Positions 1 through 8,588 are shown, numbered from the stretch's first letter. The stretch: DNA of 25,642 nt from Candidatus Brocadiia bacterium (GCA_050015075.1 JBEKCB010000044.1:1-25642); one strand, 5' to 3'. Notes: generated by a model not told the origin, from the sequence alone. A program made the numbers and translations.

Positions 1-2
1 CG

Positions 3-791
3 GCGCTGCGGCGCGGACTGCACGTCATCATGGAAAAGCCCATGACGCGCGACGCGCGCGAAGCGGCGGCCGTCATCCGCGAGGCCAAAAAGCGCCGGCG
101 CGTCCTGACCGTCTATCAGCCCGCGCGCCTGGGGGCGGAATTCCAGCACCTGCGGCGCATCATCGCCACGGGCAAGATCGGCCGGATCGTCCACGTTCAG
201 AACGGCATGTTCAGCCACTGGCGCCGGAACGACTGGCAGGCCCTGCGGAAGTACGGCGGCGGGATGCTCGCCAACTACGGCGCGCACGCGATAGACACCA
301 CGCTGCAGCTCATCGGCTACGACATCCAGCGGATCTTCTGCCACCGGCAGGTCGTCGCCTCGCTCGGCGACGCGGAAGACACCGTCACGCTCGTCCTGCA
401 AACCCGCCGCGGAGTCCTCGGCGACGTTGAGATCAACCAGGCGTCCACCATCACTCCTTACCACCTGATCGTCTGGGGCACGACCGGCGCGCTCCGGTCG
501 GACGGCAAGGAATTTTCCCTTCGCTACTACAACCCGAAGAAACTGCCGCCCATCCGCCTGAACAAGCGCCTGGCCAGCACGGGCCGCAAATACTACTGCG
601 AGCAGATCAAGTTCGTGGAAGAGACCGTCAAGGTTGATCGGAGTCTGGCCGTGGACGTCTACGCCGACTTCGCCCGAGCCATCCGCACCGGCGCCGCGCC
701 GTTCGCCAAGCCGGAGGAAACGTTAGCCGTCATGCGCATAATGGACAAATGCCGGCAGAGCGATCCGGTTATTTCGGACATGCGGAAATAA
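3..791 (+). CDS. Gfo/Idh/MocA family oxidoreductase (5' truncated by window edge)
   Basis: Frame is open from the window start: ALRRGLHVIMEKPM (the family's H-V-x-x-EKP motif), then GKIGRI, WR..YGGGMLANYGAHAID and AED motifs. Confidence 0.9.
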   Translation, partial: ALRRGLHVIMEKPMTRDAREAAAVIREAKKRRRVLTVYQPARLGAEFQHLRRIIATGKIGRIVHVQNGMFSHWRRNDWQALRKYGGGMLANYGAHAIDTTLQLIGYDIQRIFCHRQVVASLGDAEDTVTLVLQTRRGVLGDVEINQASTITPYHLIVWGTTGALRSDGKEFSLRYYNPKKLPPIRLNKRLASTGRKYYCEQIKFVEETVKVDRSLAVDVYADFARAIRTGAAPFAKPEETLAVMRIMDKCRQSDPVISDMRK

Positions 792-1136
792 AAGGCCTCC
801 CCCGTTTAGCGCTACGCAAGGGCGGCAAATCGCTCAGGCCGATTAGCGCAGATATTGGCATCTCTCTGCCGACAGTCTGTCGAACGTTGCGTCGCGTTTC
901 ATAACCGTAGCGGAACCAGCATCGAATAGTCGAGCTTTTCCTGCATCTTTTAGGCTCGAATCCGCGTCTCTAAAACATTTGTTTTTGAAATAGCCTCCGC
1001 CGGGGTCTCGGTTCAGATGTCCAGCACCCGTGACGTGGAAATCAAGTTGTGCAACAGGCTAGTTTCTGAAGAACTGTTTTCGAATCACCTCGGCGTCGCC
1101 TCGTAGGGAACGTAGAGTGTCAGCAACGGAACTTGC

Positions 1137-1691
1137 TCACTGTTGATTATCCTTTTGGGGCATGTAGACCGTCATCGTGTGAAGGTCGCCGTTTCGGAAC
1201 TCGAAAGCCGCCCCACGGTCGCCCATCTTATATGTGAGGTTGGTAACCGTAACGCCCAATAGGTTGCCGTCGGTACGCTCCGTGGGTTGGCCGTAGGCGA
1301 CAACGATATTTCTTATGGACGCCCCCCGCCGGATGCCCTTATCCGACTGCACGTTGGCCGCTTTATATTTGTTATACGGCGTAACCATAAAATTGAAGCT
1401 CCACACGATATTTGTCTTCTCGCTGACTGTTATGGCAACACCTTCGGTGAAATACTGGAGCTGATAGCGGCCATCATACGATTCCGATGTCGCATCCGGC
1501 GGGCCGAAAGTCTTAAGGAATTTCTCCTTGTCTATGCCGAGCGGGTAGAACGTATTGCCCTCGCTGAAGCCTATTTTATCGCCTGACGCATAGACTGTAA
1601 AGTCGCCTGCAAGAGTCGTCCGTGCCAAGGCCAATCCCAAGAGACAAAGGACAAGAATCAAGAGCGGCTTGTTCGCCTTGCTGAGCCTCAC
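1137..1691 (-). CDS. Secreted hypothetical protein with two internal BLIP/SmpA-like repeats
   Basis: GTG start after AAGGAGAGG; signal peptide (LLILVLCLLGLALA); two similar segments LGIDKEKFLKTFGPPD and IRRGASIRNIVVAYGQPT. The fold is inferred. Confidence 0.7.
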   Translation of the reverse strand: MRLSKANKPLLILVLCLLGLALARTTLAGDFTVYASGDKIGFSEGNTFYPLGIDKEKFLKTFGPPDATSESYDGRYQLQYFTEGVAITVSEKTNIVWSFNFMVTPYNKYKAANVQSDKGIRRGASIRNIVVAYGQPTERTDGNLLGVTVTNLTYKMGDRGAAFEFRNGDLHTMTVYMPQKDNQQ

Positions 1692-1801
1692 GGTAACCTC
1701 TCCTTAGAAATGCCTCATAATATGGAACACTACAGACTCGTTAGCACTTGCGTCGAGGACTATATCGCCATTGTCTTCCTTTCTGCCCAGAAATGTCGTT
1801 G

Positions 1802-2362
1802 TCAGATGCTCTTAGTCGTCTGACGAAGTTGCTGGTGAAGCAAACTCAATGTTCGAAGGACTTCATCCTCATAGTTAGACGTGCCGATAAGGTTTTGAAG
1901 TTCGGGGAGAACCTCGTCCCGGAAACTCAGCACCGTGACTGAATGCTTGCTCGTCTTGGCATACTCTTGGAGAACACCGTCGAGTTCAGAAGCGTTGGGG
2001 ACAATCCAGCAGCACCAGATACATTGCACCTTTTCAGGAGTAAAGCCAACAGAGGCATAAGTATCGCATATCTTTTTCTCATAGGTCTTACCCTTAGCAT
2101 AGTCTGTATTCTTACCTTTTCGTTGTGGTGGCTTTCCGAAGAACTTAGCATCGAACTCAGATGTGAGTCCTTGGGCTGAGGAACAGAACTCCGGACAGTG
2201 CGTTACCCCCACCTCAATGTGGTATTGGTCTTGCGTCAGGACACTGTAAGCCAGAAGGTCTATCTGGCGGTTGTTGCCATTGAGGACTTTGACATCCCGC
2301 ATCGTAAAGCACTTCCGACAGATTCGGAAGTAGAGTTCGACAATATGTTCCGTTGCGTTCAT
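1802..2362 (-). CDS. Hypothetical protein, PD-(D/E)XK restriction-endonuclease-like
   Basis: ATG at 2362 after AGAGGGGA; N-terminal E-helix (TEHIV) followed by RQIDLLAY...YHIEVGV pattern; visibly lower GC than the flanks. Confidence 0.6.
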   Translation of the reverse strand: MNATEHIVELYFRICRKCFTMRDVKVLNGNNRQIDLLAYSVLTQDQYHIEVGVTHCPEFCSSAQGLTSEFDAKFFGKPPQRKGKNTDYAKGKTYEKKICDTYASVGFTPEKVQCIWCCWIVPNASELDGVLQEYAKTSKHSVTVLSFRDEVLPELQNLIGTSNYEDEVLRTLSLLHQQLRQTTKSI

Positions 2363-2543
2363 AACACTTTCCCCTCTCTTCACCAAACCGGAGTTTTCTG
2401 AGGCATCAGGGGTCTCTGAATAGATGCCTCGCCATGTTGTCCGCAACAGCCTCCAACATAATCAGGAGCATCAAGACCGAGGCGTTAGTAGGTTACTCCT
2501 CCGCCTCAAGCGGCTGGCAAAGGCGTTAAGCACATGCTGACTG

Positions 2544-2990
2544 TCATTCTATATCCAGATGCAGAGGGTCGTACCCCTCACTCTCTATCGTTACGGCATC
2601 GTGCGGGGCAAGGCCAGTAATTCTGTAAAACCTGCCGCCATCAACCACAGGAGCGAATGTCTTATCTTGACCGTTCATTGTAACGGTTAAGGCTAAGCGT
2701 AGCGGCGTTTTCGATTCATTGGTGATAAGGAGAGTATAGCCGGGAGTTATTGTGTGCTTATCGAGGCGGGTCGAAACTGGCAATAGCCGTGCCTTTGCCT
2801 CGACGCCCGTTGCTCGGAAAAGGAACAGCCCAGCGAGCACTCCTATGATGACGCCAACTATCAAACCAGCAACGCCACCGAGAAGAAGCCATCGCGCCCG
2901 CGAAGATTGCTGCGGGCTACCTGCCGGCGCCGGCGTGTTCGGCTGAACGGAAGGCGCGACCGGAACGTTAACGCCACTTTCCTCTGCCAT
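2544..2990 (-). CDS. Single-pass membrane hypothetical protein (148 aa)
   Basis: ATG at 2990 after GAAAGGAG; Pro-rich N-terminus, one TM helix (WLLLGGVAGLIVGVIIGVLAGLFLF), beta-rich C-terminal domain. Confidence 0.7.
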   Translation of the reverse strand: MAEESGVNVPVAPSVQPNTPAPAGSPQQSSRARWLLLGGVAGLIVGVIIGVLAGLFLFRATGVEAKARLLPVSTRLDKHTITPGYTLLITNESKTPLRLALTVTMNGQDKTFAPVVDGGRFYRITGLAPHDAVTIESEGYDPLHLDIE

Positions 2991-3117
2991 TGAGTTGCTC
3001 CTTTCTCTAATGGACTTTCTGGGACGCCTACTTATTCCCTTTTCGCCGAGCCGAGAAAAAGTCGGCTGTCGGTGCCCGTTTCCCCACGCTGCCGTGGCCT
3101 CGGACACGTCATGGGAC

Positions 3118-3145
3118 AGCATACTCATTCGCCCAGTGAAGTCAA
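3118..3145 (-). promoter_or_regulatory. sigma70-like promoter upstream of 2544..2990
   Basis: TTGACT-16 nt-TATGCT on the minus strand. Confidence 0.45.
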
Positions 3146-3308
3146 GCCGCACGCAGGTAGCGCATGGTGTTTTCTTCGTCCGGGGAATCTCTCTGGGAGT
3201 TTTCGTAATTTTAGGCGTGGTGGGCGATGATGCTTGTAGTGATAGGTTCTCCGGGCCGCTCTCCGGCGCCAATGGCGGCATTAGGGACGCCCTGCCGCTG
3301 CGTTCTCT

Positions 3309-4058
3309 TCAGGCCAACCATTTCCGCAAGGTCGCGGCGTCGCGCAGGAACGCTTCGGGGGAATCGTCCTTGACGAACTCGATCATCACGTATCGGTCGC
3401 CGGCGGCTTTCCGGATGCGGGCGAGATATTGCTTCCACTTCGACTCGCCCTGTTCGAGAGGCTGGCGGACGTTCGCGTCCCACTGGTAGCAATGGACGTG
3501 CGCCAGCCAGGGCAGGACGGCGTCGAGGCTGAGCAGGTTGCCGGCGAGCGCGTCCTTGGAGTGCGGCTGCCAGTACGACCGGACGTTGGCCGAGCCGATC
3601 TCTTTGAGAAGCTGGACCGCGGACTCGGTGGTCTCCGTGAGCGTGTTATTGTGGAACTCGAACGCCAGGGCGACTTTTCTTTTTGCCGCCATCTCGGCGA
3701 TGCGGATCGAGTCGTCCACCACTTTCTTCCGGTCGGTCGCGCCGGCTTCCGAGGGGCTTTTTTTGCCGGCCCAGATGCGGATGACCGGCGCGCCCAGTTC
3801 CAGCGCCGAGTCGAGCACCTCCTCGAACGAGGGCGATCCCCCGAGTCCGGCGTAGTAATACGAGCCGTACGCGGCGACTTTCAGGCCGGCGTCCTTCGTC
3901 ATCTTGGCCGCCTCTTTCGCGCGCGCCTTGTCGCCGTGCGGCACGTGGATGTCGCCGCCCCATTCGATTCCCGCCAGTTTCGCCTTCGCCACAAGGTCCA
4001 CCACTTCCCTGGGCTTCAGCTTGCGGAAGGTGACGGATACGAGTCCTGATTTCACCAC
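3309..4058 (-). CDS. Sugar phosphate isomerase/epimerase (xylose isomerase-like TIM barrel)
   Basis: GTG start after GAGGAGG; GLVSVTFR, GIEWGGDIH, IRIWAG, FEFHNNTL, HVH and MIEF metal-binding pattern. The longer ORF-track start overlaps the upstream gene. Confidence 0.85.
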   Translation of the reverse strand: MVKSGLVSVTFRKLKPREVVDLVAKAKLAGIEWGGDIHVPHGDKARAKEAAKMTKDAGLKVAAYGSYYYAGLGGSPSFEEVLDSALELGAPVIRIWAGKKSPSEAGATDRKKVVDDSIRIAEMAAKRKVALAFEFHNNTLTETTESAVQLLKEIGSANVRSYWQPHSKDALAGNLLSLDAVLPWLAHVHCYQWDANVRQPLEQGESKWKQYLARIRKAAGDRYVMIEFVKDDSPEAFLRDAATLRKWLA

Positions 4059-4060
4059 GT

Positions 4061-5062
4061 TCAGCCTCCTCTCTTGCGCGAGCCGCGCCGCGCGGCAGAC
4101 TTCGTCGCGCCTGTCGCGGCGGACAGCACCTGTTCCTCGCGCTCCCTGAAGCACGCCGCGGTTTTGCGGACCATCTCGTCCAGCGCTTTCTTGTCCGGCT
4201 TGCCGTACATCGCGGGATACGGATCGCCGCCGGGTCCCAGCGGCTCCGGGGTCACGAAGCAACCGTCGCGGTTGAAGCCGACGAGGTAGAGGGCCATGAT
4301 GATCGTGTCCAGGTCCAGCGATCCCTCGCCCAGCGCCCGGCGGTTGCTGTCGGCCATGTGCAGGTTGACCAGGCGCTCGCCCGCCTGGAGAATGGCCTCG
4401 CCGATGTGGCTTTCCTCGGCCTGCATGTGATAGACGTCGCCGTTGATGGACTGCACGCCCGGATGGTCCGCGGCCTCGATGTAGCGGAGGGCGTCGGAGA
4501 CCGTATGGCAAAAACTGACCTCAGCCGAGCGGATCGGCTCCACCGCCGCGAGGATGCCGGCGTCCGTGAAGATATCGGCCACGAGCAGGAGCGTCTCCAC
4601 CGAGCGGGGGAACTCGAAGTCATCGTATTTCTGCGGCCGGCCGACCGCGCCGGGGACGACGAGAAAATATCCGGCGCCCGTCTCCTTGCCCAGCGCCACG
4701 TTCCGCCGGATGTAATCCACGGCATTCTGGCGGATGCTTCCGCGAGCGCTCGACAAATCATTGTCCGCCGAGAACATTCCGCAAATGCCGGCGACGGAGA
4801 TGCCGTGATCCGACAGAATCGAATTCGCCTCCGCGGTGCGGTAGCCCATGTCCGCGCCGTAGCGGTTCCCGTGCAGCTCGATGAACCGGATGTCATACTT
4901 CGCCAGCCGGGCCGCCGAATCCGCCAGCGGCTCCATGCCGAATCCCCAGTTGCTCCACGAAAGCGCCAGCCGGCGCTTGAGACGCTCCGGATGCCGCCGC
5001 TTCAAGTCGAGGAAGGACGCCTGAATGCGCCGGGTCTTGATCGCATAAGCCTGGTCGGTCAT
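4061..5062 (-). CDS. Sugar phosphate isomerase/epimerase, ketose 3-epimerase-like TIM barrel
   Basis: AVEPIRSAE, GDVYHM..EE, HMADSNR...GEGSLD and TPE motifs typical of the D-tagatose/psicose 3-epimerase fold. Confidence 0.88.
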   Translation of the reverse strand: MTDQAYAIKTRRIQASFLDLKRRHPERLKRRLALSWSNWGFGMEPLADSAARLAKYDIRFIELHGNRYGADMGYRTAEANSILSDHGISVAGICGMFSADNDLSSARGSIRQNAVDYIRRNVALGKETGAGYFLVVPGAVGRPQKYDDFEFPRSVETLLLVADIFTDAGILAAVEPIRSAEVSFCHTVSDALRYIEAADHPGVQSINGDVYHMQAEESHIGEAILQAGERLVNLHMADSNRRALGEGSLDLDTIIMALYLVGFNRDGCFVTPEPLGPGGDPYPAMYGKPDKKALDEMVRKTAACFREREEQVLSAATGATKSAARRGSRKRGG

Positions 5063-5105
5063 TTTATTCCAGCCTCATGAACCGGGGTTTGCCACAGCCA
5101 CGCTT

Positions 5106-5154
5106 GTAGTGGCGCCGTCAGGCGCTGCTTCGTATGCCCTTACGGGCACACTAC
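5106..5154. repeat. GTAG-type REP doublet (inverted pair)
   Basis: GTAGTG-GCGCC-gtca-GGCGC (5106-5125) faces an inverted GTAGTG-TGCCC-gtaa-GGGCA (5135-5154). Confidence 0.7.
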
Positions 5155-5174
5155 GAGCGGCTTTCCGACATGAG

Positions 5175-5201
5175 ATTATACGGTCGAGTCGCCGCCGTCA
5201 A
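5175..5201 (-). promoter_or_regulatory. Possible sigma70 promoter for the isomerase genes
   Basis: TTGACG-15 nt-TATAAT on the minus strand; the spacer is short. Confidence 0.4.
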
Positions 5202-5227
5202 GCAAAAGGATTGACGCGCCGCAGCAT

Positions 5228-6385
5228 TCACGTCGCGAACTCCATGCAGCGCTTGCGATAGTGCAGGTAATCCTCGTATCGGACTTCCTCCGGCACGCCG
5301 TGGTCGCACGTGGGAAGGTAGCCGCCGCGGCGGCGCATGGCGGGGAAGATGCGCTCGACCAGGCGGTCAATCGCCTTCTTGCCCCTGGCCAGCTCGCGCT
5401 TGTCCACGCCGCCGAGCAGGGCCAGGTCGGGGTACTGTCGCCCGATTTCCACCACGTCGCACCCGGCGGCGACCTCGAAGGGGCTCATGACGTCCATGCC
5501 CAGTTCGCGGTAGATCGGAATCACCGGCCGGGCGTCGCCGTCCGTGTCTATCTGGAAATAGAGGTGCCGCGCCTTGTCGATCTGGCGCGACTTGATGTTC
5601 GCGAACAACTGCTGATAGTAGGGAATCAGGTATTCGCGCATCCTGGCCGGCGAGATGAGCGGGCCGTGGTTGTAGCAGATGTCCTCGCCGAAAAAGAGTT
5701 CATCGAGCGTCACGTGCTCCTGGTGCCGCGCGGTGACGGCGTCCGCCAGCGCGAGCCACGTCCGCATGCATTCATGGATGAGTTCCGGCGCGTCGTGGAT
5801 CATGTAGAGCAGGTCCACCGGGCCGATGAGGCTGCGAAGATACATGTAGCCGCCGATGACCTGCTGGCTGATGATCAGCCCTTTCGACGCGGCCGCGCGC
5901 GCCTCCGCCATCCGCGCGTCGAGGTCCGCCCAGCGGGCCGGCGTGGAGGCGTCGAGGCGCCACTTGCACGATTCCTCCCACGTCTTCAGGTCTTTCACCG
6001 GGTGGGCGACGTACTCCGGCATGAACCCGTTACGCCGGCCCTTGAAGAACAGGACATAGCGGCCGGCGAAGTCCTGGGCCAGTTCATGCTCCCCTCGGTC
6101 CTCGAGAACGCGCTCTTCGAATGCGGGGCTGAACGCCGCCTCGCACCAGCCCAGGCCGCCCAAATAATGATTGCCGGGCGGGTCGTAGCCGAAGAGCTTT
6201 TCCATCGGCACGTCCTGCGGCATCCCCTGCTCCTTCCATCGCTCCAGGCAGAAGAAGCCGAACTCGCGCTGAAGGAACGGGGCGTCCGGCTTGCGCGCGT
6301 ACGTGTCGCGGAGCTTGCGCGCGCTGGGGGACATCCTCTCGCGCGGGAGCAGGGAAGAGACGCCGTCGGGAACGGACGCGGGCAT
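5228..6385 (-). CDS. Uroporphyrinogen decarboxylase (URO-D)/methyltransferase superfamily protein
   Basis: LRSLIGPVDLLYMIHDAPELIHE, FGEDICYNHGPLISP, DTDGD, LLGGVDK and GGYLPTCDHGVP motifs. Confidence 0.85.
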   Translation of the reverse strand: MPASVPDGVSSLLPRERMSPSARKLRDTYARKPDAPFLQREFGFFCLERWKEQGMPQDVPMEKLFGYDPPGNHYLGGLGWCEAAFSPAFEERVLEDRGEHELAQDFAGRYVLFFKGRRNGFMPEYVAHPVKDLKTWEESCKWRLDASTPARWADLDARMAEARAAASKGLIISQQVIGGYMYLRSLIGPVDLLYMIHDAPELIHECMRTWLALADAVTARHQEHVTLDELFFGEDICYNHGPLISPARMREYLIPYYQQLFANIKSRQIDKARHLYFQIDTDGDARPVIPIYRELGMDVMSPFEVAAGCDVVEIGRQYPDLALLGGVDKRELARGKKAIDRLVERIFPAMRRRGGYLPTCDHGVPEEVRYEDYLHYRKRCMEFAT

Positions 6386-6398
6386 GGTATTCCGGCTT

Positions 6399-7577
6399 TC
6401 AATGAGGCGGCGTGGACGCGCCGCTGTTTTTCCATGCGGCGATCATGGCGTAAAAATTATGAATCGCCTTCTCGCTCGTCGCCAGAATGGAATCCCCGGG
6501 CGCCAGGATGAACCCGTCAGGCCCCAGTTTCTCCACCGCGTCCTGAACCGCGCGCTGCACCTGCTCGTCGGTCCCGCGCTCGAGAATCTGGTTGTTATTC
6601 ACCCCGCCGCAGAGCGTGATCCTGCCGCCGACTTTCCTCTTGATGGCTTCCAGATCCATGTGCGGCGTCATCGGGTCAATATTGGAGTAGATGTCGAACC
6701 CGAGTTCATTGAACTGGTCCAGCAGCGGCATGGCGCCCGAATTCATCACGTAAGTGAACAGCGCGCCGGCCTGATGGGCCAATTCGATGTCGCCCTTCAA
6801 GGGCCCGTGCAGGTACTGGCGGAACAAAGTCGGGGACCAAAAATCCGTGCTCTCGTACCAGCCGCGCCGCACGATGATGTCCGCCCCGGCCTCCAGCAAC
6901 AGCGCCAGCCGCTCGCGGTTCCACTTGGCGATAATAGCGACGTAGCGTTCCATGAAGCCGGGATCGTCGAACGAGGCCGTAACGCTGCGCGCGACGCCGG
7001 ACAACCAGATCAACGGATCGCCCACTCCGGCCAGATACCCGGACAGGAAAATGCCGTGCGCATCGCAGAACGCCTTGCAGGCTTTGGCGTCTTCGCGGTA
7101 TCCCCGCAGCTCCTCGTCATCCGGCTTGCGCAGCAGGTATTCCAGGGCGTCGAGGTTCTCCTCCGATTCCACGAGGTAAGTCTTGGAGCGCGACGGCGGC
7201 ACATTGTGGTCGGCGAACAGCCTGATATCGTCGCCGTAATCTTCAGTCTTCCGCACCACCTGCCTGAGCGTTCCCTTGGGCGTCCGGTATTCCTTGTGCA
7301 GCACCGGATACCGTTCACCCGGCGGCTCCTCGCGCCATGATTTGATGTCGAGTCCCTTGAGCGAATGAGCCGGCGCCGTGATAGTGATCCCTGCATCAAC
7401 CCCCAGGTTCATCAGGAACTCCGCCTGTTGGACCCGGTCCAACTGTCGCTCATACAGGAATCCGATCACGCCGTGACAGATCGCCGTAAAACAGAGCGGC
7501 AGGTGGTCTGCGGGTTCGCGCCGCACGACGGCCCGAATGCGTTCCCGGGTGGTCATGTCGTTTTTCCAGGTTTTCAT
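6399..7577 (-). CDS. Uroporphyrinogen decarboxylase (URO-D)/methyltransferase superfamily protein
   Basis: ATG at 7577 after GGAGGAAAGGAAGGG; MTTRERIRAVVRREPADHLP, TPKGTL, FWSPTLFRQY, LCGGVN and GFILAPG motifs. Confidence 0.85.
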   Translation of the reverse strand: MKTWKNDMTTRERIRAVVRREPADHLPLCFTAICHGVIGFLYERQLDRVQQAEFLMNLGVDAGITITAPAHSLKGLDIKSWREEPPGERYPVLHKEYRTPKGTLRQVVRKTEDYGDDIRLFADHNVPPSRSKTYLVESEENLDALEYLLRKPDDEELRGYREDAKACKAFCDAHGIFLSGYLAGVGDPLIWLSGVARSVTASFDDPGFMERYVAIIAKWNRERLALLLEAGADIIVRRGWYESTDFWSPTLFRQYLHGPLKGDIELAHQAGALFTYVMNSGAMPLLDQFNELGFDIYSNIDPMTPHMDLEAIKRKVGGRITLCGGVNNNQILERGTDEQVQRAVQDAVEKLGPDGFILAPGDSILATSEKAIHNFYAMIAAWKNSGASTPPH

Positions 7578-7628
7578 GGCCCTTCCTTTCCTCCACCGGT
7601 CAATGGCGTGAGAGTGGCGGACAGCAGG

Positions 7629-7682
7629 CATGCAATCGGGTCATATTGTGAGGACTGATCTCGACGCAGTCAAGCGTCCTCG
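7629..7682. repeat. 54-bp direct repeat, copy 1 (contains a minus-strand promoter)
   Basis: 49/54 identical to 13404-13457; 40-bp core 7643-7682 is 39/40 identical; minus strand reads TTGACT-17 nt-CACAAT. Confidence 0.9.
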
Positions 7683-7735
7683 GTTCGCTTCGCACCCGCA
7701 TGGCCCTCCGCGGGTCGGCGGGCGACGCGAGTTTA

Positions 7736-7752
7736 CCCTGAGCCTGTCGAAG
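7736..7752 (+). repeat. CCCTGAGC..GTCGAA short repeat unit
   Basis: CCCTGAGCCTGTCGAAG; related units at 8142-8157 (inverted), 8161-8180 and 8277-8305. Confidence 0.55.
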
Positions 7753-7818
7753 AATTCCATTTTGCGGCCGGGCTGGACATCGCCGCTCCCGCCCGGGGTC
7801 ATAAGAGCTTTTCGTAAT

Positions 7819-7834
7819 TGTTCCACGTGGAACA
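7819..7834. promoter_or_regulatory. parS: parS centromere-like site (ParB binding)
   Basis: Perfect palindrome TGTTCCACGTGGAACA, extending to 20 bp (7817-7836); matches the chromosomal parS consensus; intergenic. Confidence 0.85.
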
Positions 7835-7965
7835 ATAAGAGTAATCCTGATACGCATGCCGCTTCGGTCTCGTCTTATTGACGTCGAGACGGGCCGGAAT
7901 GAGGTCACTGCGCCGCACATTGACGGCACTGCGATGACCTATTGACGCATTATCGAAATCAAGGG

Positions 7966-8395
7966 CCTCGTGAGCTGCGCGCTGTCGCCGGCACCCGCTC
8001 TTCGCAGCTTCCACTCTGCGAAGTAACGGCTCTTCGCTACGTAGCACGACTCCTCTGCTACGGCGGGCGGAGAAGAGTCGGGCTGGGGATCGTCTGCTTG
8101 TCGCAACGACCGGCGCTTCGCCCGCTCGCGCCTGCGACCATTTCGACCATGCTCAAGGTCGCGCTGAGCAACGTCGAATGGGCGACTGTCGCGGCGCTCG
8201 GCCTTGCCCGCCGAACCTTTAGCGAAGGCGGGTGCATCTTTTATGAGGTCATGAAGGCGCACCGCAGCCTCTCCTGCCCTGAGCGAGCGAAGCGAGTCGA
8301 ACGGGCCCACGGCGCTTGCGGACGCGAAGGCGGACCTGGCGAAGGCCGAGGCGACCGTCGAGAGCATGGTCGCTGCTGCGAGGAAGGCGGTGTAG
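7966..8395 (+). pseudogene. Gene remnant (possibly a HerA/FtsK-like ATPase C-terminus) interrupted by four palindromic insertions
   Basis: Removing inserts at ~7994-8070, 8139-8186, 8203-8232 and ~8275-8308 gives RELRAVAG-RRVGLGIVCLSQRPALRPLAPATVAALGCIFYEVMKAHRSLSTALADAKADLAKAEATVESMVAAARKAV*; no credible start. Confidence 0.5.
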
Positions 8396-8505
8396 CGAGA
8401 CTGGGGCTGGCCGAAGCGGGAGTTTCGGCCTGCTGCCACATGTAACGGCCACACCCTGCGCCTGAGCAGAAGCGACGAAAAAATTCCTCTCTTTACGATT
8501 TTCGC

Positions 8506-8538
8506 TTGACACAGCACTGAGTTATAGATATAATACAG
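8506..8538 (+). promoter_or_regulatory. Consensus sigma70 promoter with overlapping YtrA-type operator palindrome
   Basis: TTGACA (8506-8511)-17 nt-TATAAT (8529-8534); imperfect palindrome CTG-ag-TTATA-ga-TATAA-ta-CAG at 8517-8538. Confidence 0.8.
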
Positions 8539-8588
8539 CATGTCAGCATGGCATAAGTCATCTCTTTATCAGAAGAGAGGGAGTGCCG

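Noticed and set aside
1137-2990. Integron cassette array
   Set aside because: No convincing attC (paired RYYYAAC/GTTRRRY with a central stem) after each gene, and no intI in the window.
7680-8500. tRNA or known riboswitch serving as an integration site
   Set aside because: No cloverleaf, T-loop or recognisable aptamer seen by eye; an Rfam or tRNAscan run would settle it.
7939-8541. 200-aa minus-strand ORF
   Set aside because: Its sequence is largely translated palindromic repeats (PFDSLRSLRAG, PAFAKGSAGK), and it overlaps the opposite-strand promoter.
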